From Pocillopora damicornis (Eukaryota), in NCBI RefSeq assembly GCF_003704095.1, contig NW_020846655.1, forward strand, positions 62,001 through 126,000: DNA of 64,000 nucleotides. Reading direction: 5' to 3'. The translations under genes and the position numbers were made by a program. A model generated the notes under the pieces. It was not told the origin of the DNA and did no database searches. It worked only from the letters and a program-made list of their open reading frames with translations. This document shows, in pieces, positions 1 through 11,700 of this stretch (position 1 is its first letter; the number at the start of each line of letters is the position of its first letter).

Positions 1-20
1 CACTTTCTCGTGATTGTATT

Positions 21-560
21 ATACGTCGATCAAGTCGAAGCTTCAACATAATTCCCCGAGGATTTAAACTTTTAAAGAGTGGTTCTTTCAAATTCTCGCC
101 CCCCTGCGTCAAAATTGTTTTCAAATGCCTTAGCCAAGTGCCGGATTTGATGGTCAAATTTTTGTAAAAGGCAAGATTCGCGACCGTGACTTTTTCGTAG
201 ACCTTTTCTTCTGAGCTATCCGCTCGCAAAAGTGAACTTTTTACCTTCGAACACCTTCAAAACCTATATGAGCCTTCATGGCTTCTTGAGACTTCCTCGC
301 CTTTTCCCTTTTCTATTTTATATTTTCCATGTATTATCTATGTAGAGTAGCTTTTTTTCCCTTTTATCATGTAATAAAGGCAAATGATTTTTTAAAAAAG
401 TGTAAAAAAGATAAAACACGTCTATTTTACTAGGCGGGAGAGACTTCACAACTCTTACGGTTCAAATTTCCACCCCGCCCAGGTAAGGTTTAAATTCCCC
501 ATGGGGGGGGGCTGGGTACGGACGACAGGGGATGTTAAAGCTTCGAATTGATCGGTGCAT
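21..560. mobile_element. Non-autonomous DNA transposon/MITE in a DNMT1 intron
   Basis: Imperfect 29-bp terminal inverted repeats: atacgtcgatcaagtcgaagcttcaacat (21-49) vs atgttaaagcttcgaattgatcggtgcat (532-560), 24/29 match. No coding capacity. Confidence 0.6.
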
Positions 561-632
561 TGCATTACTGAAAAATTGCAGGAAGTTTTCCCGTAGGATT
601 TCTTTGTACTCACACTATGGTATTTCCCACAG

Positions 633-3600
633 GCGTATAACAGTGAAACAAAAGAGTTTGAAGAGCCTCCAATCGCGGCGCGTAATGCTGCAATGAAAGG
701 AAAGGTTGGTATCATGGCCATAAAACACGGAAACCTGACAGTTTAGGTAAAATGTGAAAATTTCTTCTGCCTCGGTCATTTTATAAAATCAGACTTCTTT
801 GTCGATAAAAGAAATTGGTTTGAAGCGACGAGATTATCGCAACTTCGTGACGTTGCCGTCGGCGCAGTTGTTGAAAATTCAATTGTGCACATAACAAGAC
901 TGAGTGAAACTCATTTCTACCCGCTTATCTTGTAAATTTATTTTCAGGGTAAAGGCAAGGGGAAAGGTAAAGGAAAAGGGAAGGCTTCTGCTGAAACAGA
1001 TAATCAGAGCTCAAAGAAAGATTTTAATGGTACAGCGAATGAAACAGTCGCTAAACTGCGGTGTCTTGATGTTTTTGCCGGCTGCGGCGGTGAGTGAAAA
1101 TTTTGCGAAAGAGTTACTGTCTGTAGGCGTATTGCCAAATGGTTTATTGTCGGCATCTGTATTTGTCCCAGGTCTGTCAGAGGGTCTTCATGAAGCAGGC
1201 GTGGCTGAGTCCTGTTGGGCCATTGAGAAGGAGGAGCCTGCAGCAAGCGCCTTCAGTTTGAACAATCCCGGATGTACTGTGTTCACTGATGACTGTAACT
1301 CTCTTTTGAAGCTTGTGATGGATGTAAGCCAAGTCATGCGACCATCTGTTTTACTGTCGTTTCGATACAAAGTCGTTTCGATGCAGGTCTATTAGATACA
1401 TCGACAAAGTAGAAAAACGTTGAAAAGTCGTGTCGGTACGACTTCAGTTTGTATCGAAACGACTTTGTATGGAAACGACCGGACTCTAATCATCTATTGA
1501 TCGCAATTGAACGTTCTGTCGTTGATGAGAGATGTACATATTTTCAATGAAGCACAAGTGCCACAGCTATTTGCTAGAGTTTCAATTTTATTGCCTTTGC
1601 ATTCTCAGGGTGAAAAGAAGAATCCAAAAGGACAGACACTACCCCAGAAGGGAGATGTAGAGCTGTTGTGCGGCGGCCCCCCCTGCCAAGGATTCAGTGG
1701 AATGAACCGTTTCAGTTCAAGAGACTACTCCAAATTTAAGGTGAACAACAAATCTTATTCAAATACATACAGTCATCTAGTATCAACGAGAGTTCGCTGA
1801 CCATTTACGCGCCGTCCGGAAAGTATCACTGTTGTCATGGTGCATGAGAGAAACAGAAAAAATTCTTATTGTATACATGTTACGTTACACTTGTTGGTCT
1901 GGTTGCTCTTTCAATCCCACGTTTAATTGTTTCTTTTTGTAGAATTCTCTGGTGGCATCTTACCTCAGTTACTGTGATTACTACCGGCCGAAGTTTTTCA
2001 TTTTGGAAAATGTTCGCAACTTTGTGTCATTCAAGCGAAGCATGGTGCTGAAATTAACTCTACGATGCCTTCTTAAGATGGGATATCAGGTTAGTTGGTT
2101 ACCAGGTTACCACGGATTTTTATAAATCTCCCCCTTGATTAATATTGTTGGTTTTATGCCCCGTCTGGTCATCGCACTGTTCGACTGGAAAAAAACTGTT
2201 TAGTTTACTCAGTTAATAAGTTTCTTCTTCCGGTGAAAAAGCAACTATTAGGTCATATTTTTCAATCCTGTTTATAATGAGACCTTTTCTCTGAATCCCT
2301 GTTTTTTCTGCATGTGACTGGTTACGCACATTTACCTGTTCCTTTGGCAATAGAGTGTATTTCATTTAAATTTTCCTTGACTCGCTCTACAATTTATCTT
2401 GGATGAAATTACAGAGAGTTTTCACTGAAATATACTCTAGGGTGTTCTACCATTTCCTTAGTGATTTTCACGCCATCCTCACAAGCCTAAACGCGCAAAC
2501 AAAAATCGGATTAATATCAGTATCTGGGCAACTGCCCACCTACCCCTCCCCTAACCCAACATTAACCTTAAGTTGTTGTCAATTGACTGTTGTTGAGTTA
2601 GGGGAGGGGTAGGTGGGCAGTTGCCCAGATACTGATATTGATCCCGAAAATCGATGGCGACTTTCCCAAGCGAATTTTCCAGTTCAGTTCGCCTGATAAC
2701 CCATTCACACCAGCTAAACATATTGAGTCAAACCGGGTTTAATGTCATCGAGACACAAAGAAATTAATCTTCTATGGAATACATTGATTCATTCACGCCG
2801 GTTATCGCTAACTTGTATTTTCAATGTCACGGTGCTACATTTAAAGTCGACAAGCATCGGTTTAGGCAGCTTCTATAAAGAAATATTGTAAACTGTGTTT
2901 AACGAAACATTTTTAAGCTTTGGTATGAATAGGACGTGAGTTTTATTTGGCTCGGTTGTGGTTACTTTGGCTCTGTTAAGGGGTGTTACCATGGTCAATT
3001 GACACCGTTACTTTCTTGTTTACTTTCTGTGCAGTGTACATTTGGTGTCCTACAGGCTGGTTGTTATGGCGTTCCACAGACTAGGCGGAGGTGAACTAAG
3101 ACTTTTCATTTTTTATCAAAATCATTTTTCATTCTCTACGTTTGGGTTGTTTCTATTCTTGGTGAAATGTTACACCATAATTAAATGATGAAGAGATGTT
3201 CTCAATCAACACATCAATCCATTGGTGGAACGTTGTGAATGGTAATGTGTTAAACTTAAAAGTTGTTGTTGTTGATGATGAAGCTTGTACGTCTGTGTAT
3301 TTGCTAGCGTGAATTAGAGGGTGTGTTTTAAACTTGCTTTTATGTCATATTTCAGGGCCATTATTATGGCAGCTGCTCCAGGTGAAGTGTTACCGCTGTA
3401 CCCTGAGCCGACACACTGCTTTTCTCCTCGGGCCATTCAACTCACGGTCATGGTGGACGATAAGAAAGTAATTACATCTTGCATTGATTCATTTTTATGC
3501 GACAAAATACAGTGCACTGTGCCTCCCCTAACCTCTAGCGCCTTTGTCTCTTTCTTCCAGTTCCAATCGAACATTACTCGGCTATCGTCGGCTCCCTACC

Positions 3601-6600
3601 GAACAATCACTGTACGGGACGCCATGTCAGATCTTCCGGAGATAAGGAATGGCGCGTCTAATGATGAGATCTCTTACAATGGCGATTCGATTTCTCATTT
3701 TCAAAGACAAGTAAGAGTTTTGACACTTTCTCCTCTATGTTGTATACATTTCACACCTACGCTTTTTTAGTTGTATGGAATTTAATAAAAGAAAATTTTC
3801 AACAAGTGTGGAAAATTGAAACATGATTAATGCATGAAGATAGTGCAAGTTTTCAACCAGTCACAGAGCAACCTGAACAGCAAGTCCAGATCTTGATTTA
3901 AGGCAGTTTAATTTTTTTGAAATATATGAATTTCTCTCTTACTTTCTTAGTTTGTATTACCTAAAGAAAATAAAACTTATTATTCCAAGGCTTCTCAATG
4001 AGAATAATTTACATGGCAACGGAGGACTCTGTCCAAACGAAGGAAATCGTACAGAGATTTCCCTATGCATGATGAGGCATGCAATACTGTTACACCCACA
4101 TTTGAGAATTGTGTGCAACATTCGTTTATTACTTCTCAGATGCGCGGCCGTCAAGACCAGCCAGTTCTTCGAGATCACATTTGTAAGGAAATGAATCCTC
4201 TAGTTGCTGCACGCATGCGTCACATTCCTACTGCCCCAGGATCAGACTGGAGAGATTTGCCGAATAATATCGTCCGTCTGTCCGACGGTACTTACACCAG
4301 CAAACTGTGAGTTATGGGTTCTATTGTTTTTTTTTTTGTTTTTTTTTTGTGAGTTATGGGTTCTATTGTTTTTTGATGGTCTTTCTTCAATCTTTCCACT
4401 GGATTGCAAAAACTTTGACAATTGAAAGTATGAACGATGAGCACTAGGACCTGATTGCTTTTTTTGTCAGTATTTGTTTATTTACAGAAACACATATTTA
4501 CTTTTCCCATTCTTTATGGCAAATCTTTTTCATGATAATTCTCTCCTTTTGGGAAAGCTTGGATAGTTTTCACCATTCATCGCACACTACCAACTGAGGT
4601 CATCATTGAGGTTATGTAAACTCATAATGCCGTTGGGTGTCATCGTTTATGGTCAACACTTCTTTTTTTTGCAAACACCTGCATATACTCTCTGACTATT
4701 AAGTTGAGTCGAGAGGATATTCTTTTGGTTGAATAAGACTATCACAATACCTCGCTCTCTGCTAGGTATCAGTCGTAGGTTTCTCTGTTAATTCAAAGCG
4801 ACTTAGATTACCAGAATGACGACTTAAGCGGTCTGGAGGGTGCCCATTGTCTGCCGTTTTAAATTTTTCTTCCTGTCTACTTTTTAAATCTTGAAATCCT
4901 GTGACGGAACAGGCTGTCTGTACCAACATGAAGCTGTTCCACCAAATTCCTAGCCTGCTTTGAGGGTAGAACAAGTTCTACCCATTCTAATATGTGTGGT
5001 ATCACTCGTTGCAGAGCTTATACGCACGATGACAAGAAAAACGGTCGGTCATCCAACGATGAATTACGAGGAGTTTGTTCGTGCGCAGAGCGCAAGCCAT
5101 GTGACCCGGCTGACCGTCAGGTCAACACTCTTATACCATGGTGTCTTCCACATACGGGAAACCGCCATAATCACTGGGCGGGGCTGTACGGTAGACTGGA
5201 GTGGGACGGGTACTTCAGTACAACCATCACGAATCCTGAGCCCATGGGAAAGCAGGTCGGCAGGTGCATTTACGATACAATCAGAACAGAGAAATTCCTT
5301 TGAGTACTTATGACCACTTTTCTGTTTGCGTTGTAAATTAGGAATGTCCGATCTTCTTTCTTTCTTCTGATTAGGGCCGAGTCCTTCATCCACAGCAACA
5401 CAGAGTTGTCAGTGTGAGAGAATGTGCTAGGTCCCAGGGATTCCCCGACGCTTATCGATTCTATGGAAGCATCATCGACAAACATCGACAGGTGAGTGGT
5501 AAAATAGAACATGTAAAATCCGAAGGCGTCTAACAGTTTAGAATAAAACGTGAAAAGATAAGAAGAGAATGATTGTTCAACCACATTTTGGTTTATATAT
5601 TTTGCCATCATATATAGAATTTCTGAAAGCTTAGAACAGATAAAAAAAAGAAGATGGATTTCGAACGCGGTCGCGGAATGAAGTGAGATGTTTATTCTAT
5701 CGGATGAACTAAGAATAAGTTCTTATCTCATTTACTGATTTACTTTAATGTACCGGCCTAATTGACCTTAACCTAAGTTGTACCATTGTTTAGATCCGCC
5801 GAGGAGATTTGTAAAAACCTTTCTTAAAGCGAAAAAAATCATTTGACCTCACAATACTATGCCTCGCCTCTTTCAATCTCCAGAGGGCATACAAGTGAAT
5901 TATTCCTTCTCGGTAGATAAAAGACACGTTTTTTGGGTTTCTTCAAAGACAATATCCGTCAAGGCAAACGAGTTTAGTTGTAGTCTCATTATAAGGGATT
6001 TCCGGATAAATGAATACGGCCGTGCGTTTGTCATCAAGATTGTGGTGTATGAAAATCAAGCTAGGTCACAGGAAGTAGCGTATCTTAGAAATTACCCAGT
6101 TTGGCGGCGAACCAAAATAAGCCTTAAACTCTTCCGGACAGAACCGATGTTTTTGTTGTTTCTATTATCACAGCCGCGAACATACTTGCTTTGCAACTCT
6201 TAAGTTACGTATTTTTGTTTTTTTTAAAGCGTTAATTCTTAAAAGTAGCTTTGCTGGCTTAATTCACGAAAGGGGAAATCGTGAGTCACAGTAAATTGGA
6301 TGACCCAACTAACAAAGTATTTAAATGAATTTCCTGTTAGTCCGAGGCAAAATAAAAATAACCTCCTTGAATCAATCCAAGCGATGGAAAAACTACACAA
6401 GATGACTTAAATTATTCTAATAGGTATAAAAACAAATCTGAAGCTTCTTTCGAGAGAATGAAAACATCAAATATTTTAGACGATTTAGGGTCACAGAAAC
6501 GAACGTGACAGCAAAGCTTCCCTCAGGGGATGGCGTCCGTAAATATGGAATCCACGTCATTCTGGTGGGCGCTCCCTAGTGGTTTTTCCTTGGGTGATAT

Positions 6601-6967
6601 AAACACGCAGTCTGTCAATTATTCCTTGTTATTAATTGAAAACGCTGTTGCGTCATTTGTGCGCTTCCAAACGTTCTTATATTGACTATTAGAACCCTGA
6701 AAACCGTGGTTTATCTATAGACGGCATGTTTATTTATTTATTTATTTTAATTCTGACTGTACCAAATGCGTTTCTATGCGTAGCAGATAGCCCACTTTTT
6801 GAGGACTTAATCTCACGTAGTCAGCTTGACCACCTGTCATGCACTAATATTGTTGATCCTCTCCCCGTTAGGTCGGAAATGCGGTGCCACCGCCCCTAGC
6901 GGCCGCTATTGGCCGTGAAATAAGAAAATGTTTAACTCCTGAATCCAAGTCCAAATCGCCTGAGTAA
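633..6967 (+). CDS. DNMT1: DNA (cytosine-5)-methyltransferase 1, 3' portion (end of BAH2, KG linker, catalytic domain); 5' exons lie upstream of the window
   Basis: Frame-consistent GT-AG exons: 633-704, 948-1089, 1172-1323, 1609-1740, 1943-2089, 3035-3090, 3356-3467, 3561-3710, 4140-4306, 5015-5255, 5375-5491, 6872-6967 (TAA). Translation shows [13 protein letters not shown], the (KG)n linker, motif [10 protein letters not shown], catalytic [45 protein letters not shown], motif [13 protein letters not shown] and motif [11 protein letters not shown]. Confidence 0.97.
1356..1479. mobile_element. Short inverted-repeat MITE in a DNMT1 intron
   Basis: Left end gtcgtttcgatacaaagtcgtttcgatgca is the near reverse complement of right end tgtatcgaaacgactttgtatggaaacgac, with internal sub-repeats. 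Confidence 0.6.
2508..2644. mobile_element. Hairpin MITE with ~48-bp TIRs and a probable 8-bp TSD
   Basis: ggattaatatcagtatctgggcaactgcccacctacccctcccctaac ... gttaggggaggggtaggtgggcagttgcccagatactgatattgatcc. Flanks are caaaaatc (2500-2507) and cgaaaatc (2645-2652). Confidence 0.85.
4306..4374 (+). repeat. 27-bp direct duplication of a DNMT1 splice donor region separated by poly-T
   Basis: tgtgagttatgggttctattgtttttt at 4306-4332 and 4348-4374. Confidence 0.85.
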
Positions 6968-8739
6968 AGACCACGCAGTGCACGCTGGCCGTGTATACCT
7001 TTTTTTTTCGATCCTTGCCGCGTCAAGACGTCACATAGGATTTGTGCAAACAGTATTTGCACTCTATACACTCAAATCTTCCTCGAATATATATACATGT
7101 ACACATATAAATCAGCGTTTCACTCGTATGCCTTGGGATTAACACAACCACCGGTTGAGTCGGAAGCCACGTGTTTTTGAGAGCTATACCGAGCCTACTA
7201 AGTATTTATTTCACGATATATCACACTCTGCCCCAGTTCTGGCAGCGGATAGTTTGGCCCATTTCGTAACAAGTCATTCTAACGTTCAATAATATCTAGT
7301 GATATCTCGTAATTCCCTTTGTGGTGTATTTCTCCGCAACTATGAATGTCCTCGAAGCAGTGTTGTCCCTGTTCCAAAACTGCTCTAATAAGCTAAGTCT
7401 CCGACTCGCATTAAAGTCCCCTTTGGAAGTAAAACCACATTCAGATGGCTTTGTAAAGCTACACCCCTTCTCCGTTTCTCCATTACCGACAGATTTAGTC
7501 GAAAATGGGATTACCAGTGAAAAGTAATCTCAAAAGCGGATTCATTAGCCGCCACGCGAAGAAAGTCTCCAACAAGAAAATGAATATTATGAAAATTCTG
7601 TAAATTTTACGGTAAGCGTTATACGAATAATTTGACAAGCTGCAAAAAGACTAACTTGCCTGTACCGAAGAAGCTTTGCTGAGATATTTAGACGTATTTC
7701 TGCAAATTCAAAAGCGAACGACAGAGAAAAAACCCATATTACTTGCTGTGATGGGTGGGTGGGATGAATAAACTCGTGAGGAATGGGAACGACTCGGGAT
7801 GGAAAAGATTTCTCAAATTTCAAAAAAGTTTTAGTTAAATTTGCAAAGATACTCATACTACAGCGTAGATGCTTTATTTTTCGAACATTCGAAATAAAAC
7901 TCAAGTTAGATGACATGTTTATGTTAGGATAGTCATATCTAAAAGGTTCGTTGTCAATAACACATCACCCAGCAAAATGTATTGTACAATAATGATGCCA
8001 AAAAAATAAAAAATATACAAAGAACATCATTCTTGACCTGACTTGCGGATAAATATCAAACGGCATTTTAATTTCAAATATTCAATAAAGAGACAAAATT
8101 CCAACAAATCAAACAAAATGTCTCTCCTTACTTTACAAAAATGAAAAAATAATTTCCCAAGGAACGTTGGGATAACTTTAGTTAAACTCTCAGAACTGCT
8201 ACATCAATATTAGCTAAATGGTGTAACCTTGATCTAACATCAAATTCACTTCACTCATTTTGGAGGACATGTATAAGAGCCAGAGGGGAGAATTTCTAGG
8301 ACAATCTTGGGGGTAAGAGGGTTCAAAACATCAACATAAATGATCATGCCCATTGTTATAAACGTTCGCCAAATTACTCCTGTTTTCTTAAAAGACTGAT
8401 TGGCAATAAAACAATTTATTATCGTCACAGCATTCTTGAGGGACCTCGCTTTCCCGTTCACGATTCGAAATCTATGATCCAAAAAAAATTGTCAAAAAAA
8501 TTTGGGCTTTGAAGACAATTATCCAACCCAGTAGAACCGAATGTTTCACTTGTTGGTCTAGGTTTGTCTCCAAGGCAATCATATCTTGGCTGCGCAAAGT
8601 CAGGACTACTGCTTTGATGACGGGACCATTTCTAAATACTAGCATTCGGTCCGGCTACGTGAACAGAGTTAACAACAAACTGTTCGGCGCACATCAAAAC
8701 TGTCCTCTGGTACTCGAACATCAACCCTTTCTGTGCACT

Positions 8740-11700
8740 TTAACATTCCATACTGACTTCACTGAGTCGCACACGCTCTGCTATACTGCTGTGTAGTTCC
8801 ATGAAAGAGGGTCTCTCCTCCATTTCTCTTGTCCAACAGCGGCACATGACCTGGTACAGATCGTCTGGACATGTCTTCGGCTGAGGTAACCGAGTGGAGG
8901 GCGTACCCGTTCCATGGAAAATCTTCTGCGCGTTATCAATGACTTCCTCGTCGGTGAGTTCCGAGTAAGGATATTCTTTAGCAAGAGTGAGTATCTCCCA
9001 TAGAGTGACTCCGAACGCCCACACATCACTAGACGTTGTAAAACGACCTGAAAATATCGACACATATGTGAAATGAATGTAAATGAAATAAGGAAAAAAC
9101 AAGTGAGATGAATCTCTTTCTCCTCCGCATTTATCTAGTTGAAACTTGTGCGCCTCTGGTATGCGTCGTAAGGGTTCCCTGGAGCCCATCCTCGGCATGT
9201 CTCGTTTTCTTTCAGAAAATATCGTCCGATCTCAGTAAACCTCACGCTTCTCTGTAAAATTGGTCGTAACCAACCACCTAAATTACCGTTCCATATTAAC
9301 ACCTCCCATCGAACGAGTGCCTCTCCTATCGACCAAAATTCAAAATATACACCCCACCCCCTCTAAAACAACTACCTCCTTTGCTCCCACAGTATAATGG
9401 CCAAACGCTCAGACAATAACAAACGTATAACAACGGCGAATTTCCTCAATTTCGTCCACCCTTGCAAAGTTATACCGAATATGATCCACTTGGTAACACC
9501 TTGAGTTTAGAGAACTAATTACGAGTCCCAATTGAGCCGCTGTGAAACTTAAGAATCCGCAGTTAGTATCAATACACCGCTTTTGCTGTCGTTGACGCTG
9601 TATCACAAAAAACGATCACATCTGAACCCCCCGTCTTACCCTAAATTCGAGATAAACCCCAGGCACTAATCCGAGGACTCGTGGTATACTATGCCACCAC
9701 CTCTTACCTTGTAGAATACATTCGGGCGCCATCCATCGTATTGGCAAAATCACACGTCCCTCGACGCGATAATAATGTTTAGAGTACAAGTTCCTTGACA
9801 TTCCGAAGTCAGCAATTTTGACGGTGTTTGCGTGTCCCACCAAACAGTTACGCGTGGCCAGATCACGATGCACATAATTTAACGAAGATATGTATTTCAT
9901 TCCTGCGGCCACTTGCTTTGCCATGTAAAACAGAGCTTGAGATGAGATATACTGTCCGGCATCTTGCCACCCCTCGCTTTCATTCAAGCTGGGCGTATGC
10001 TCTTTTTCTTTCAGGAACTGATTTAAGTCGCCATTGGCCATGTACTCAACTATCATACACATGGGATCATCCCGACACACACCTAACAACCGAATCACAT
10101 TTGAGTGCTTCAGCCCCGCCATGGCTTTCACTTCTTTAAAGAAATCATCCTTAATGTTCTTATCAACGTTCAGCTTGAGAGTTTTAATAGCCACTGTTGT
10201 ACGAAAACTGTTTTTGAACTCCCCGCCCAGAATGTCTCCCAATCGCTCAACCTCTCCAATATGCACCTCACCGAATTGTCCATCACCGATCTTTTCTTTG
10301 AAGTGAAGCTTGTGACGAGGCAGTTCCTTGAATGTGTCCAGTCTGGGTCTAAAGTTTAGCTCCTCGTCAGGATTACAATACAAACTGGTGCCCGATACGC
10401 CCTGAAATGGCTCGGAGTAAATCTCCTCGTAAATAGGATTTGGGAAAGTAGTCACTGATGTGGGAGAAATGACATCGATAGGATCAGCATACCCGCTAAC
10501 AACTCTAGGTTTGGGAGAATCCGGTATCAAGCGATTTTTTTCGCATGGGGAGTCCGGCTCGGCATAGTCATTATATGCAACATCTGATTCCTCTGTTACG
10601 TCTACTTGAGGAAGACTTTGGGCTGTTGCGGCTTTGGGAGATCCACCATTTGTAGGTGAAGGTAAAAGAGGAGTGTTAGGTTCGGCGTAAATTACCTCTG
10701 AAAGAGGCTCAGGCGGCTTCAGTGGGGGTGGTATGGGAGGTTTAACTGCAGAGAGACAAGGACAAAAATAGATGATGAACAGTATAGAGTATTCACAGAC
10801 TTTCTTTTTCTCTTAAAACATGGCCTTCCGCGCGAGTGTTGTAAGGAACGCGAACGCAATGGGAAGGAGATTTGAATTACTAACGTACAAACAATTTTTA
10901 TTTGGTTGGCAACACCGTTAACATAGTTCCCCGTAACTTAGCTTTGAGAATTGGTTTATATTTCAAAATACCACCCGCAGTTCAGTTTTTTGCTACTCAT
11001 CAATTCATTATGGGATAATGTCCTGATACCGTGGAGGGAAGAAACTTATTCCTTCCAGCAGATAAAGGGTTAATATTTTCTATACACACCTTTCTTTGAA
11101 GACTTGTGTTCAGAGTAAAGTCTTTCACCCTTTGGTATGTTGTTCTGTTCGTCGCTTTTCATAGTGCCTTTGTTCAGATCACCCTGTATACTAGCATATA
11201 TAGGACATATGGTAACCTCTGCACCACTCTTTCCACCCGCCTCATTGTACACATTGTTCTTGAAGCTGTACCTCTTTTCTTCGTTTTCACTTGCTGTACT
11301 ATCAAGTCGAGAAACGCGCTGCGGCGTCTGGTGACGCGCGTACGGCTTAACTTCGACTTTGATGAAGGAGTTGAATGGCTTTTCACGCTGAGAGAACCAG
11401 TGAGGGTAACGCTTGCAGCAAATGAACAAAGCAACAGCAACTAGGACTGCTACGACGGCACAGATGATTGCCGCAATTACACCACCGCTTAATGAACCCT
11501 TTCTAGTACCAGTCTCTCCTCCTAAATATCAAAGAAAACACTTCCGATTAGTATCTTTTCTCAAGTACATGTTGCATGTCTACTTTAGCAGTATGACCAT
11601 TTGTTTTATGCAGGGAGGGGGGGGGGGGTCCTAGTCGGCAAGAACAGCACAGGGTTCATTTCCGCTGGCTGATTTGAGTCAGGAGGTCAAAATCTGCCAG

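Noticed and set aside
904-5491. C5 methyltransferase as a bacterial restriction-modification gene
   Set aside because: Spliceosomal introns, the KG linker and the large TRD identify eukaryotic DNMT1.
5859-6203. 114-aa ORF in the last DNMT1 intron
   Set aside because: No recognisable motif and not needed for the DNMT1 frame; probably chance or repeat-derived.
7290-7530. Open frames on both strands between the DNMT1 and DDR stop codons
   Set aside because: No recognisable product or convincing splice context; more likely 3' UTR (minus-strand AATAAA near 7205).
9828-11444. Plus-strand ORFs overlapping DDR exons
   Set aside because: Antisense shadows of real coding exons.
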